Positions 1 to 7,892 are shown, counted from the first letter of the stretch. The stretch: 40,304 nucleotides of DNA from Candidatus Nomurabacteria bacterium (GCA_943356375.1 CALRET010000002.1:1-40304); one strand, 5' to 3'. Notes: generated from the letters alone by a model not told the origin. Made by a program: numbers and translations.

Positions 1-1
1 A

Positions 2-1300
2 TTATGGATTAAGTCTCTTTACATCGCGCGGGAGATACGTCGCCTCACGGACGTTTGGAAGATCGAGGAGCTTCATAATGAAGCGACCTGGACCGATTCC
101 AGCACCACCATGCGGTGGAATACCGTATCGGAAGAAATTGAGATAGTCTTTCAACTCTTCGAGGTTCATCCCCTTTTCAATCGCCTGTTTTTCGAGGACT
201 TCGATTCGATGTTCGCGCTGAGCGAGTGTGGTGACTTCTATACCTCTGAACAACAAGTCTGCTCGGCGAGAACGGTCTGATCCTTCTTCAAGGCGCATAT
301 GATAGAAAGCGCTTTTTGATTTGTGATAATCAGTGACAAATACAAATTCATGGTTGAATTCTTTTTTCACATATTCTGAAATTGCACGCTCTTCTTCTGG
401 AGAAAGATCATGGTCTTCCCCACTTGGAATACCTTCTTTTTTAAGAATTTCTTTTACTTCAGTGATTGGAATTCGAGGAAATGGTTGTGCAGGAATAGTA
501 ATATTGAGTTCTGGAAATTCTTTTGCAACAGTTTCAAAACCGGTAACAATCATTCCTTCTTCTTGATCCATGACGTCATGATGAGATTCGATAAATCCTA
601 ACTCAAAGTCCCAACCAGTAAACTCAGTTAGGTGACGAGTCGTAAATGACTGTTCAGCGCGAAATACCGGTCCTACCATGAACACTCGTTCGAAACCTGA
701 TGCAATACCCATCTGCTTGTAAAACTGTGGAGACTGGGCAAGGTATGCCTTGCGATCGAAGTAATTTACCTCAAACACTTCAGCACCAGTTTCAGATGGA
801 GTAGACATAAATGATGGCGTGTAGATCTGTATGAAATTGTTTTCATCCCAGTATTTTCTAAACCCTTTTTCAAGCGCAGTCCATACTTTGAATATTCTGG
901 TCTTTTCAGGCTTACGAAGGTCAATCCAACGATAGTCAAAACGAGTTGGCGCCTCTGTTTCTTCATCATTTCCTTTGATAACCACCGGAATAGCGAGTTC
1001 AGGATATGATTTTGATAATACTTCTATTTCAGTAACCCCAAGTTCAAACCCACCCGGCGCTTGCGGAGCTTTTTTTACCAGACCGGTAATTCGGACAACA
1101 GATTCAAGAGAAAGTTCTTTTGCTACATCAAATACTTCTGGAACTGAAATCTCAATAATATTTTGAACAAGACCGGTAACATCGCGAAGAACAAGAAATA
1201 TAATCTTGCTCTGTACGCGAATAGCGTGAACAAACCCTTGGATAGAAACTGTCTCACCTTCATGTTGTGAAATTTCTTTCACATGATATGCGTGCTTCAT
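2..1300 (-). CDS. aspS: aspartate--tRNA ligase (archaeal/type-2, ~430-aa class IIb aaRS)
   Basis: 432-aa ORF with an N-terminal OB-fold-like region. Class II motifs present: FRAEQS...TRHLTEF and GGAGIGPGR, with the tail ...YLPRDVKRLNP. It is preceded by a T-box leader whose candidate specifier is GAC (Asp). AsnRS cannot be fully excluded by eye. Confidence 0.85.
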   Translation of the reverse strand: MKHAYHVKEISQHEGETVSIQGFVHAIRVQSKIIFLVLRDVTGLVQNIIEISVPEVFDVAKELSLESVVRITGLVKKAPQAPGGFELGVTEIEVLSKSYPELAIPVVIKGNDEETEAPTRFDYRWIDLRKPEKTRIFKVWTALEKGFRKYWDENNFIQIYTPSFMSTPSETGAEVFEVNYFDRKAYLAQSPQFYKQMGIASGFERVFMVGPVFRAEQSFTTRHLTEFTGWDFELGFIESHHDVMDQEEGMIVTGFETVAKEFPELNITIPAQPFPRIPITEVKEILKKEGIPSGEDHDLSPEEERAISEYVKKEFNHEFVFVTDYHKSKSAFYHMRLEEGSDRSRRADLLFRGIEVTTLAQREHRIEVLEKQAIEKGMNLEELKDYLNFFRYGIPPHGGAGIGPGRFIMKLLDLPNVREATYLPRDVKRLNP

Positions 1301-1304
1301 ATGT

Positions 1305-1529
1305 TTTAATCAGAGAAAAACGAAAAAATCGCCTCTCTGAACTTATCTAATTAAATTGATAAATTCATAGGGGCGATCTTTCCTCTTGGTAAGCCGCGGT
1401 GCCACCCTACTTTCCCGACACTGATATAAGTGAAGGGCTCAAAGTATAATGAAGTTTACTAGCGACTAGAACCTAGCCCCTAGAACCTTGCATTTATGTC
1501 CTCCCCGATTGTCAGTCGGATCGTTGGTT
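1305..1529 (-). promoter_or_regulatory. T-box leader (tRNA-sensing transcription attenuator) of aspS
   Basis: The minus-sense RNA reads AGUAGGGUGGCACCGCGG (plus 1394-1410), a near-consensus T-box core, then ...UCGCCCCUAU. A 20-bp terminator hairpin with 2 mismatches follows (arms 1358-1377 and 1328-1347) plus a U-tract. An extended -10 TGgTATATT lies at 1536-1544. The hairpin CCGA-CUGACAA-UCGG (1505-1519) displays GAC followed by A. Confidence 0.8.
1459..1488. repeat. CTAG-heptad element, copy A (4 x CTAG at exact 7-nt period)
   Basis: Sequence CTAGCGACTAGAACCTAGCCCCTAGAACCT. CTAG starts at 1459, 1466, 1473 and 1480. About 25/30 identical to copy C and shares CCCCTAGAACCT with copy B. Confidence 0.7.
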
Positions 1530-1560
1530 ATTTCCAATATACCACACGGTATATAAAAAC

Positions 1561-1588
1561 AAAACCCCAACATGGTTGGGGGTTTTTA
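1561..1588. terminator. rho-independent terminator (bidirectional shape) after the 81-aa ORF
   Basis: AAAACCCCAAC-atg-GTTGGGGGTTTTT, a 7-bp GC-rich stem flanked by A and T runs. Confidence 0.75.
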
Positions 1589-1591
1589 TAT

Positions 1592-1837
1592 TTAATTCAT
1601 TCTGCTCTTGTTCAGAAAAAATGGATCTCTTTCATCATCCACATTAATATCTGCAGGATTAGTAACGGGTACGACATTCTTACACTCTTCCTTGCATTCT
1701 TTTTTAAACTGAGTAATTCCACGAACAGATTGTAATGTCTCACTGAGAGTAAAATCTATTTTGTCCGGATCATAAACTGATTCGATAATGCTTTTTTTAA
1801 GTTCTTCTTTTGACTTAATTCTCTCATACCTTTTCAT
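1592..1837 (-). CDS. hypothetical small protein (81 aa from the ATG; the track ORF starts at a non-ATG codon upstream)
   Basis: ORF MKRYERIKSKEEL.... An extended -10 TGgTATAGT lies about 30 nt upstream and a terminator immediately downstream. No recognisable family. Confidence 0.5.
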   Translation of the reverse strand: MKRYERIKSKEELKKSIIESVYDPDKIDFTLSETLQSVRGITQFKKECKEECKNVVPVTNPADINVDDERDPFFLNKSRMN

Positions 1838-1890
1838 AAACAAGAATGTGCAGTAATCTATCAGCACTATACCATACTTTTTATTTTTGC

Positions 1891-1922
1891 AAAATAAAAC
1901 CGCCGGATATTGATCCGGCGGT
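1891..1922 (-). terminator. rho-independent terminator of the ABC transporter gene
   Basis: ACCGCCGGAT-caat-ATCCGGCGGT followed by TTTTATTTT in minus sense. Confidence 0.8.
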
Positions 1923-1925
1923 TGT

Positions 1926-3773
1926 TTATTCTTCTAATACCTCACTTTCTTTTTCCAAAATTTCTCTTTCGTGAAATTGTAGGTCATACAACTGTTTATA
2001 TCTACCTTTTGGTTTTGCCATAAGTTCATCATGAGACCCTTGTTCAACGATTTTCCCTTTATGAAGGACACAGATAATATCTGCATTGCGAACTGCACTC
2101 AATCGGTGAGCAACAATGAACGTCGTCTTCCCTTCCATAAGTTCTTCAAGAGATTTCTCAATACTCTTCTGAGTTTTTGCATCGAGCGCTGAGGTAGACT
2201 CATCAAGAATAAGAATTTTCGGATTCCTGATAATTGCTCGCGCTATCGCGACACGCTGTTTTTGTCCACCAGAAAGTTTTACCCCTCTGTCTCCAACAAC
2301 AGTATCCCATCCATCCGGCTGCTCTTTTATAAAATCTGCGAGTTCAGCTTTTTCTGCAGCTTCTTCTATCCTTGAAAACGGAATGTTGGTGTGAGGATAT
2401 GAAATATTTTCACGAATACTCTTATCAAACAATACTGGTTCTTGTGGCACTACTCCGATCTGTGAGCGAAGGTTATTGAGATTATAATTCTCAATCGGGA
2501 CACCATCTATAGCAATCTCGCCTTTTTGAGGAGTATAGAATCTAAATATGAGTTCAACAAGTGAAGTCTTACCTGACCCTGTCTCTCCAACAAGTGCAAC
2601 TCGCTGCCCCGCTTTGACCTCAAGCGATATATTATTGAGAATCTTCTTACGTTCATCATGAAAGAAAATAATATTTTTAAATGAAACATCTCCTATTATT
2701 TTTCTTTTGACTGCGTCCTCTTTATCATATTCTTCTGGTTCTGTATGTAATATGTCATGAGCATCAGAAATTGCAATAATTGCATTCTGAATTGTTCGCC
2801 ACATGTTACCTAACTCAAGAAATGGACCAAACATCATACCGACATACGCATTAAGTGCGATCAAACTACCGGCCGTCAAAATTCCTTTCTGTACAAAAGA
2901 TATTGATACAATAAATACAACGGTTTGAGTCACAATAATAATTACTTTCTGCCAAAAGCTAATACGGTTCCACATTTCGAAAATTTTCCATTGTGCACCC
3001 CACGCATTAACCACGTAGTTTGTATGATTCTTTTTTGTCTCAAACTCTTCAGCGGTAAACTGTTTAACGGTTGCAATATTGTATAGTCCGTCACCTCGAT
3101 CACGCCACGCCCGCACCCACGCCTTATGACTGATTCTCTGCAATAGTGCTCCTTCACCGACTGTTCGAATCAAGATAATGATATAGAGAACGACTCCTGC
3201 AATAATTATCCAAGCAAGTGTGGTATTCACTGAAAAAAGTGTAACCAGTGCAACCACAATACCCAAAAATTCCGGAAGCAATCTTAAAATAACTCCCGTA
3301 AACATGTTGATGAGATTGTTCGCTGAACGAACAATCTTCTGATCGATTTCAGATATCGGATTATTATTATGAAATGACATCGGCAACCGAAGTAACACTT
3401 TCACTGAATCAGCGAGATACCGGGCGAAAAGTTCCTGAGAAACATTATCACCTTTTGCGCCTTTCCATCTACTACCAAATGTGGCAAGCGCAGTGAAAGC
3501 AATAAGGATAATCAAAGAAAACCACACATTTCCAAAAGAGAAAAAGGTGGATGTTGTTTCAATCCCTGCCTCAAGATGAAATACTGCGTCAAAAAATTTA
3601 CCCGAGATAAGCGGAGTCAATCCGCCAGCAAGAGCGATCAGCAAAGAAATACCAATCAACAGATAGGTTTGTTTTTTATATCGAGAAGTTATTTCGTGCC
3701 ATATAATTTGTATACCACGAAGATATCCTTTCCAACTTATTTTTTGATCCTCTGTATCTTTTTTCATTTTCAA
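1926..3773 (-). CDS. ABC transporter, fused permease/ATPase (MsbA-like exporter)
   Basis: 615 aa with an N-terminal region of about 6 TM helices. Walker A GETGSGKTS, signature LSGGQKQRVAIARA, Walker B ILILDESTSALD, H-loop AHRLS. Confidence 0.9.
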   Translation of the reverse strand: MKMKKDTEDQKISWKGYLRGIQIIWHEITSRYKKQTYLLIGISLLIALAGGLTPLISGKFFDAVFHLEAGIETTSTFFSFGNVWFSLIILIAFTALATFGSRWKGAKGDNVSQELFARYLADSVKVLLRLPMSFHNNNPISEIDQKIVRSANNLINMFTGVILRLLPEFLGIVVALVTLFSVNTTLAWIIIAGVVLYIIILIRTVGEGALLQRISHKAWVRAWRDRGDGLYNIATVKQFTAEEFETKKNHTNYVVNAWGAQWKIFEMWNRISFWQKVIIIVTQTVVFIVSISFVQKGILTAGSLIALNAYVGMMFGPFLELGNMWRTIQNAIIAISDAHDILHTEPEEYDKEDAVKRKIIGDVSFKNIIFFHDERKKILNNISLEVKAGQRVALVGETGSGKTSLVELIFRFYTPQKGEIAIDGVPIENYNLNNLRSQIGVVPQEPVLFDKSIRENISYPHTNIPFSRIEEAAEKAELADFIKEQPDGWDTVVGDRGVKLSGGQKQRVAIARAIIRNPKILILDESTSALDAKTQKSIEKSLEELMEGKTTFIVAHRLSAVRNADIICVLHKGKIVEQGSHDELMAKPKGRYKQLYDLQFHEREILEKESEVLEE

Positions 3774-3818
3774 GTTACTAACTATTTTTTATATTTTAAC
3801 ATATTAAAGTAATTTTGT

Positions 3819-4826
3819 CTAGAAATACTCGATTTTCATATTTCTCTTTACTTCACGAAGAGTTTCAGCTGCAACAATGCGCGCTTTTTTCGTCCCATCT
3901 TCAAGAATCTGCATTATTTGTTTTGGATCCTTAGCGAGATATTCACGTCGTTCGCGGATTGGTGAAATAAACACATCGAGTACATCAGTGAGACGTTGCT
4001 TGAGTGCCATATCACCGAGTCCTCCTGCTCGATACTTATTCTTCAATTCTTCTACCTCGTCTTGCATAGGATCAAATATAGTTAAGTAGTCAAACACCAC
4101 ATTTCCTTCAACAGTTCCTGGATCTTCAACACGGATATGATTTGGGTCCGTATACATATCTCGTACTTTTTTTTCTATCTCTTCTCGTGAATCTGAGAGG
4201 TAAATCGCATTACCGAGTGATTTCGACATTTTTGCATTACCATCAATACCAACCAGTCGAGAGGACTCACTCACTACTGGATTGATCTTCTTGAATGTTT
4301 CTCCATAAATTCTATTAAATTTTTCCACGATTTCATTTGCTTGTTCGATCACTGGAAGCTGATCTTCTCCAACGGGAATAGTATTTGCTTTGGCGAATAG
4401 AATATCTGCTGCTTGAGAAACCGGGTAGCATAAAAACCCAGCTGGAACATCTTCATCGTATCCTTTTTGCTTCATTTCATTTTTAACGGTAGGATTTCTC
4501 TTGAGACGAGCGAGAGTAACTAGATTCAAGAAGAAAATAGTAAGTTCAGCAATCTCTGGAATTTGTGATTGTATAAAAAATGTTGTCTTTGCTGGATCAA
4601 GACCACATGCAATGTTATCAAGTGCAACCTCTAATACATTACTTCTGACTTTTTCAGGATTTTCTGCATTGTCAGTGAGCGCTTGCACATCAGCAATCAT
4701 GTAATAGTTGGTTTTATTCTCTTCTTGTAATTTAAGACGATTTTTAATAGAACCGACAAAATGCCCAAGGTGCAATCTCCCTGTTGGCCGATCCCCGGTA
4801 AGCACAATAGAATCTATAGTTTTCAT
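3819..4826 (-). CDS. trpS: tryptophan--tRNA ligase
   Basis: Class I aaRS of about 335 aa. It has TGDRPTGRLHLGH (HIGH region) and KMSKSLGN. The start is taken at MKTIDS... because a -10 TATACT lies 6 nt upstream, making the upstream 11 codons of the track ORF unlikely. Confidence 0.85.
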   Translation of the reverse strand: MKTIDSIVLTGDRPTGRLHLGHFVGSIKNRLKLQEENKTNYYMIADVQALTDNAENPEKVRSNVLEVALDNIACGLDPAKTTFFIQSQIPEIAELTIFFLNLVTLARLKRNPTVKNEMKQKGYDEDVPAGFLCYPVSQAADILFAKANTIPVGEDQLPVIEQANEIVEKFNRIYGETFKKINPVVSESSRLVGIDGNAKMSKSLGNAIYLSDSREEIEKKVRDMYTDPNHIRVEDPGTVEGNVVFDYLTIFDPMQDEVEELKNKYRAGGLGDMALKQRLTDVLDVFISPIRERREYLAKDPKQIMQILEDGTKKARIVAAETLREVKRNMKIEYF

Positions 4827-5041
4827 GCAAAAAGTATACCATACTGAAGATATAGACAAAACTGAAATTTAAAAGTACAAATTACAAATCAATATATAAT
4901 TGTCAAATTTAAAATTCAATTGTACTTTGTAAGTGGTCATTTGTAATCTTCCGTATCCAAGTTCGCTGTCCACAGATTACTCACATAACGTCGAAAATCC
5001 TCATTTGCATATCATGTGTCGTGCCATGTACAATGAGCCAC

Positions 5042-6424
5042 ATGAGTAAAAAAATGTCTTCCGCACTCCGAGTTCCTCCACAAAACATAGATGCTGAAAA
5101 AGCAGTTCTTGGATCTATCATGCTCAGGCAGAATGCGCTCCAAGAGATTGATGACTTTGTACATCAAGATGCTTTTTATGTGGAACGTCATAAAATAATC
5201 TTTGCAAATATGATGGAACTTGCACAACACGGACAACCGATTGATCTTGTTTCTCTGTCCAATAAGCTCACTGAAAAGAAACAAATTGAGAGTTCAGGTG
5301 GAAGTCAGTATCTGACAGAATTAATCAATGCAGTCCCTTCATCGACCAATATCACCTATTATGCAGAAATCGTCCATAAAAATTATCTTTTGAGAAATCT
5401 TATCACTGCGGCGGACAACATATCTGATCTCGCTTTCAATGATACCGACCAACCCGTAGAAGACGTACTTGATCAAGCTGAGAAAAAAATCTTCGGCATT
5501 ACCTCAATTAAAAAAGGTCAAAAATTTATCAGCATCAAACATACCCTTGCGGAAACATGGGAACAGATAGAAAAACTTCAAGAATCAAATGGAGAAATCC
5601 GAGGTGTGCCAACTGGTTTTAAAGATCTCGACACATTGCTTTCAGGACTTCAAAAATCTGACTTGATTATTCTTGCCGCTCGCCCTTCTGTTGGTAAAAC
5701 AACTCTTGCACTTGATATGGTTCGTCATGCGGCTGTTGTTCATAATATCCCCGTTGGGATTTTCTCTCTCGAAATGAGTGCACAACAATTAGCCACTCGT
5801 CTCCTCTCTGCCGAATCCCGTGTGAATTCTTGGAACCTCCGCACTGGACGACTCACAAAAGATGACGAGTTTATGAAGATTCGCGACTCGCTCGACAAGC
5901 TTGCAAAAGCTCCGATCTTTATCGATGACCAAGCAGGAAATTCTATTACCAAAATGAAATCTTTTGCACGCAGACTGAAAGCTGAGAATGGTTTGGGTCT
6001 CATTGTTGTGGATTACCTCCAGCTCATGTCAACAAACAAAAATTATGACTCAATGGTAAATCAAGTGACAGAAATCTCACGATCATTGAAAGGGCTTGCC
6101 CGTGAACTCGATGTTCCCGTTCTTGCACTCTCACAGCTTTCTCGTGCAGTTGAACAGCGCGGTGGCAAACCTCGTCTATCTGACCTTCGTGACTCAGGAT
6201 CTATTGAACAGGACGCCGACGTCGTTATGTTTATTCACCGAGAAGATAAAGGAAAAGATGAAGCCGAAAGAACCAACATTGCAGAAATCTTAGTTGAAAA
6301 ACACAGAAACGGTCCAGTCGGTAGAATTGAACTATACTTCGATGACAAGACAACCAGTTTCCTCTCTATCGATAAACAAGGGCATGGTGGCGGTGGTGGC
6401 GGATCACAATTTGATCAATTCTAA
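5042..6424 (+). CDS. dnaB: replicative DNA helicase DnaB
   Basis: N-terminal PPQNIDAEKAVLGSIM, Walker A ARPSVGKTT and a RecA-like C-terminal domain (DYLQLM, SQLSR, IEQDADVV). Start is ambiguous between 5021, 5033, 5042 and 5054. 5042 is preferred because TTGCAT-18-TACAAT ends 7 nt upstream. Confidence 0.9.
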   Translation: MSKKMSSALRVPPQNIDAEKAVLGSIMLRQNALQEIDDFVHQDAFYVERHKIIFANMMELAQHGQPIDLVSLSNKLTEKKQIESSGGSQYLTELINAVPSSTNITYYAEIVHKNYLLRNLITAADNISDLAFNDTDQPVEDVLDQAEKKIFGITSIKKGQKFISIKHTLAETWEQIEKLQESNGEIRGVPTGFKDLDTLLSGLQKSDLIILAARPSVGKTTLALDMVRHAAVVHNIPVGIFSLEMSAQQLATRLLSAESRVNSWNLRTGRLTKDDEFMKIRDSLDKLAKAPIFIDDQAGNSITKMKSFARRLKAENGLGLIVVDYLQLMSTNKNYDSMVNQVTEISRSLKGLARELDVPVLALSQLSRAVEQRGGKPRLSDLRDSGSIEQDADVVMFIHREDKGKDEAERTNIAEILVEKHRNGPVGRIELYFDDKTTSFLSIDKQGHGGGGGGSQFDQF

Positions 6425-6430
6425 GTTAGC

Positions 6431-6482
6431 TTGTCTCCCTACGGGAGATGTCTCCGAAGGGACATAGCTGATAGATAGTAGT
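6431..6482 (+). repeat. 52-nt structured 3'-flank element, copy 1 (after the dnaB stop)
   Basis: TTGTCTCCCTACGGGAGATGTCTCCGAAGGGACATAGCTGATAGATAGTAGT, 49/52 identical to the reverse complement of 7893-7944. Contains UGUCUCC/GGGAGA/UGUCUCC/GGGACA segments capable of alternative hairpins. Confidence 0.8.
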
Positions 6483-6583
6483 TTGTAGAAGTGATGCGAA
6501 TCAAAGATTCATGTCATAAGTTCTATGATATACTTTGTTTTGTATCTCTATACGCTATACCCTAATCCCTATACCCTAAATCC

Positions 6584-7192
6584 ATGGATCCCATTTCAAA
6601 ACTTGCAGAACTGTTTGCATATTTCCCAGGAATCGGCGAACGACAGTCGAGGCGTTTTGTGTATTACCTTCTCAACCGCAATCAAGATTATCTCGACCAA
6701 CTTGCAGCATATATTAAAAATATTAAAAATGAAGTGAAGCAATGCACACTCTGTTTCAGGCAACACGAGTCAAGGACTCCTGAATGTGAAAATTGCTTAT
6801 TGAGAGCAGCAAGCAATTCCCTGTTGGTTGTGGAAAAAGATAGTGATCTTGAAACTATTAAAAAAAGTAAAGCCTATGATGGATTATATTTTGTGTTAGG
6901 TGGATTAGTCCCCGTCGTTGAGAAAAATACTCTTTCTAAAGTTCGAATCCAAGAACTTATCAAACGAATAGAAGTGCTTTCTCAAAAAAATAGTCTCCAA
7001 GAAGTTATTCTTGCTTTCTCTCTAAGTCCACAAGGTGACCACACTGACACGCATGTACGAGAAACACTCAATACGCTGTCTACGGAAAAAGGATTTGTCG
7101 TGCACAGTCTCGGACGCGGACTCTCAACAGGAACTGAACTTGAATATTCTGATTCAGATACGATTAAGAATGCATTAAAGAATAGGCAATAA
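6584..7192 (+). CDS. recR: recombination protein RecR
   Basis: 202 aa with an N-terminal helix-hairpin-helix FPGIGERQSRRF, a C4 zinc finger CTLC...CENC and a Toprim-like VVEKDSDL. Confidence 0.85.
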   Translation: MDPISKLAELFAYFPGIGERQSRRFVYYLLNRNQDYLDQLAAYIKNIKNEVKQCTLCFRQHESRTPECENCLLRAASNSLLVVEKDSDLETIKKSKAYDGLYFVLGGLVPVVEKNTLSKVRIQELIKRIEVLSQKNSLQEVILAFSLSPQGDHTDTHVRETLNTLSTEKGFVVHSLGRGLSTGTELEYSDSDTIKNALKNRQ

Positions 7193-7219
7193 GAACAGTT
7201 TATAAAAAATACTCTATAT

Positions 7220-7559
7220 AAACAATAAGTCCCGCCTTTATGGGGCGGGACTTACATTACGAGTAACCATTTTTTTATTTCAGACACTATGGTCGGATGG
7301 TTGGTCAAAATGTACGCGGTAACAGTTAGGAAACTATCTCACACATTCAATAAATGTCTTTCAATATGGCGTCGACTCCATACTCAAACACATATCACCA
7401 AACGAATAAGAAAATAGTAGTTTCTCCAAAAGAGAGTGATCTCTTCTAGAAAGCTATCTGTTACCGCAAATTCGATTCTTTTGTTTTTTCATCGGCAGAT
7501 GAGGTATTAGTTAAACAAATAGATTCAAAGAACATATAAAGCGCATAATTTAACGCTAG
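7220..7559 (-). ncRNA. candidate novel sRNA 1 (~340 nt; promoter-to-terminator unit, no credible ORF)
   Basis: Promoter TTGACA-16-TATAAT lies at 7593-7566 in minus sense. The 3' end is a 10-bp GC-rich hairpin plus UUAUUGUUU (7220-7253). Internal 10-bp long-range pairing GCGGUAACAG/CUGUUACCGC. The longest minus-sense ATG ORF is about 24 codons. Confidence 0.45.
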
Positions 7560-7565
7560 GAGTAT

Positions 7566-7593
7566 ATTATAGCAAATCATATAAATTTGTCAA
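7566..7593 (-). promoter_or_regulatory. near-consensus sigma70-type promoter P1 (TTGACA-16 nt-TATAAT)
   Basis: The reverse complement of 7588-7593 is TTGACA and of 7566-7571 is TATAAT, with a 16-nt spacer. Confidence 0.6.
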
Positions 7594-7603
7594 GTATTCC
7601 TAA

Positions 7604-7822
7604 AAACAATAAGTCCCGCCTTTATGGGGCGGGACTTTAAGTGAATGGATAGTTTTGTTCTTTCAAGCCTTATTTATATGTTCCGGCTGAGGTATCCTTC
7701 AATAATATGTTGCATCGGCTGAGGGTTACTCAGGGTGTCGCTTGTGACACCTAGTAGTTCTTAAGTTGTTCGCAAAGGCATAACGGTTTTAGTGGGTTAA
7801 ACAATAATGCGTTAATTACTCT
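7604..7822 (-). ncRNA. candidate novel sRNA 2 (~220 nt; promoter-to-terminator unit, no credible ORF)
   Basis: Promoter TTGACA-16-TATACT lies at 7856-7829. It ends in the same 34-bp terminator module (7604-7637, identical to 7220-7253). Local hairpins GGUGUCACAAGCGACACC and CUGAGUAACCCUCAG, and CCUCAGCCG occurs twice. Confidence 0.45.
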
Positions 7823-7828
7823 AGAAAC

Positions 7829-7856
7829 AGTATAGCAGATAACAATATTTTGTCAA
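7829..7856 (-). promoter_or_regulatory. near-consensus sigma70-type promoter P2 (TTGACA-16 nt-TATACT)
   Basis: The reverse complement of 7851-7856 is TTGACA and of 7829-7834 is TATACT, with a 16-nt spacer. It shares the flanks taTTGACAaa...tgcTATA with P1. Confidence 0.6.
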
Positions 7857-7861
7857 TACCC

Positions 7862-7892
7862 TAACGAAAATCACCCTAGATGGGTGATTTTT
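7862..7892. terminator. rho-independent terminator downstream of rplU
   Basis: AATCACCC-tagat-GGGTGATT with T-rich flanks on both strands. Confidence 0.65.

Noticed and set aside
4876-4950. ATTACAAAT / ATTTGTAAT inverted repeats and a TGTCCACAG DnaA-box-like 9-mer (about 4966-4974) in the trpS-dnaB divergent promoter region. This raised the idea of an origin of replication.
   Set aside because: There is only one imperfect DnaA-like box, no cluster, no dnaA or dnaN nearby and no obvious AT-rich unwinding element beyond the general AT-richness. The short repeats are compatible with ordinary overlapping promoters.
5012-5284. 90-aa minus-strand ORF overlapping the 5' end of dnaB. Similar antisense ORFs occur inside cysS (12129-12704), ftsI, aspS, argS and purA.
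   Set aside because: All are fully nested in well-supported genes on the other strand and have no independent signals. They are typical shadow ORFs.
6376-6424. Unusual DnaB C-terminal tail (GHGGGGGGSQFDQF).
   Set aside because: It is a short low-complexity extension with no recognisable motif. It could simply be linker drift and there is not enough to build a claim on.
6555-6579. CTATACCCTAA repeated twice at a 14-nt period just before recR, superficially telomere-like (CCCTAA).
   Set aside because: There are only two copies, each containing a TATACC -10-like hexamer. The most economical reading is tandem promoter elements for a leaderless or short-leader recR. There is no further array.
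7289-7417. 42-codon plus-strand ORF (MVGWLVKMYAVTVRKLSHTFNKCLSIWRRLHTQTHITKRIRK) inside the ORF-free island.
   Set aside because: It has no promoter, SD or leaderless -10 in front of it. It lies antisense to a unit with strong promoter and terminator signals, and its composition looks like a random basic translation of AT-rich DNA.
7220-7822. Assigning the two candidate sRNAs to a known housekeeping RNA (RNase P, tmRNA, SRP/4.5S).
   Set aside because: I could not find GGAAAGUCC-type P4 sequences, a tRNA-like acceptor/T-arm with a tag ORF, or the SRP domain IV GGAA/AGCA motifs. 6S has no sequence signature I can test by eye, so it is left open rather than asserted.
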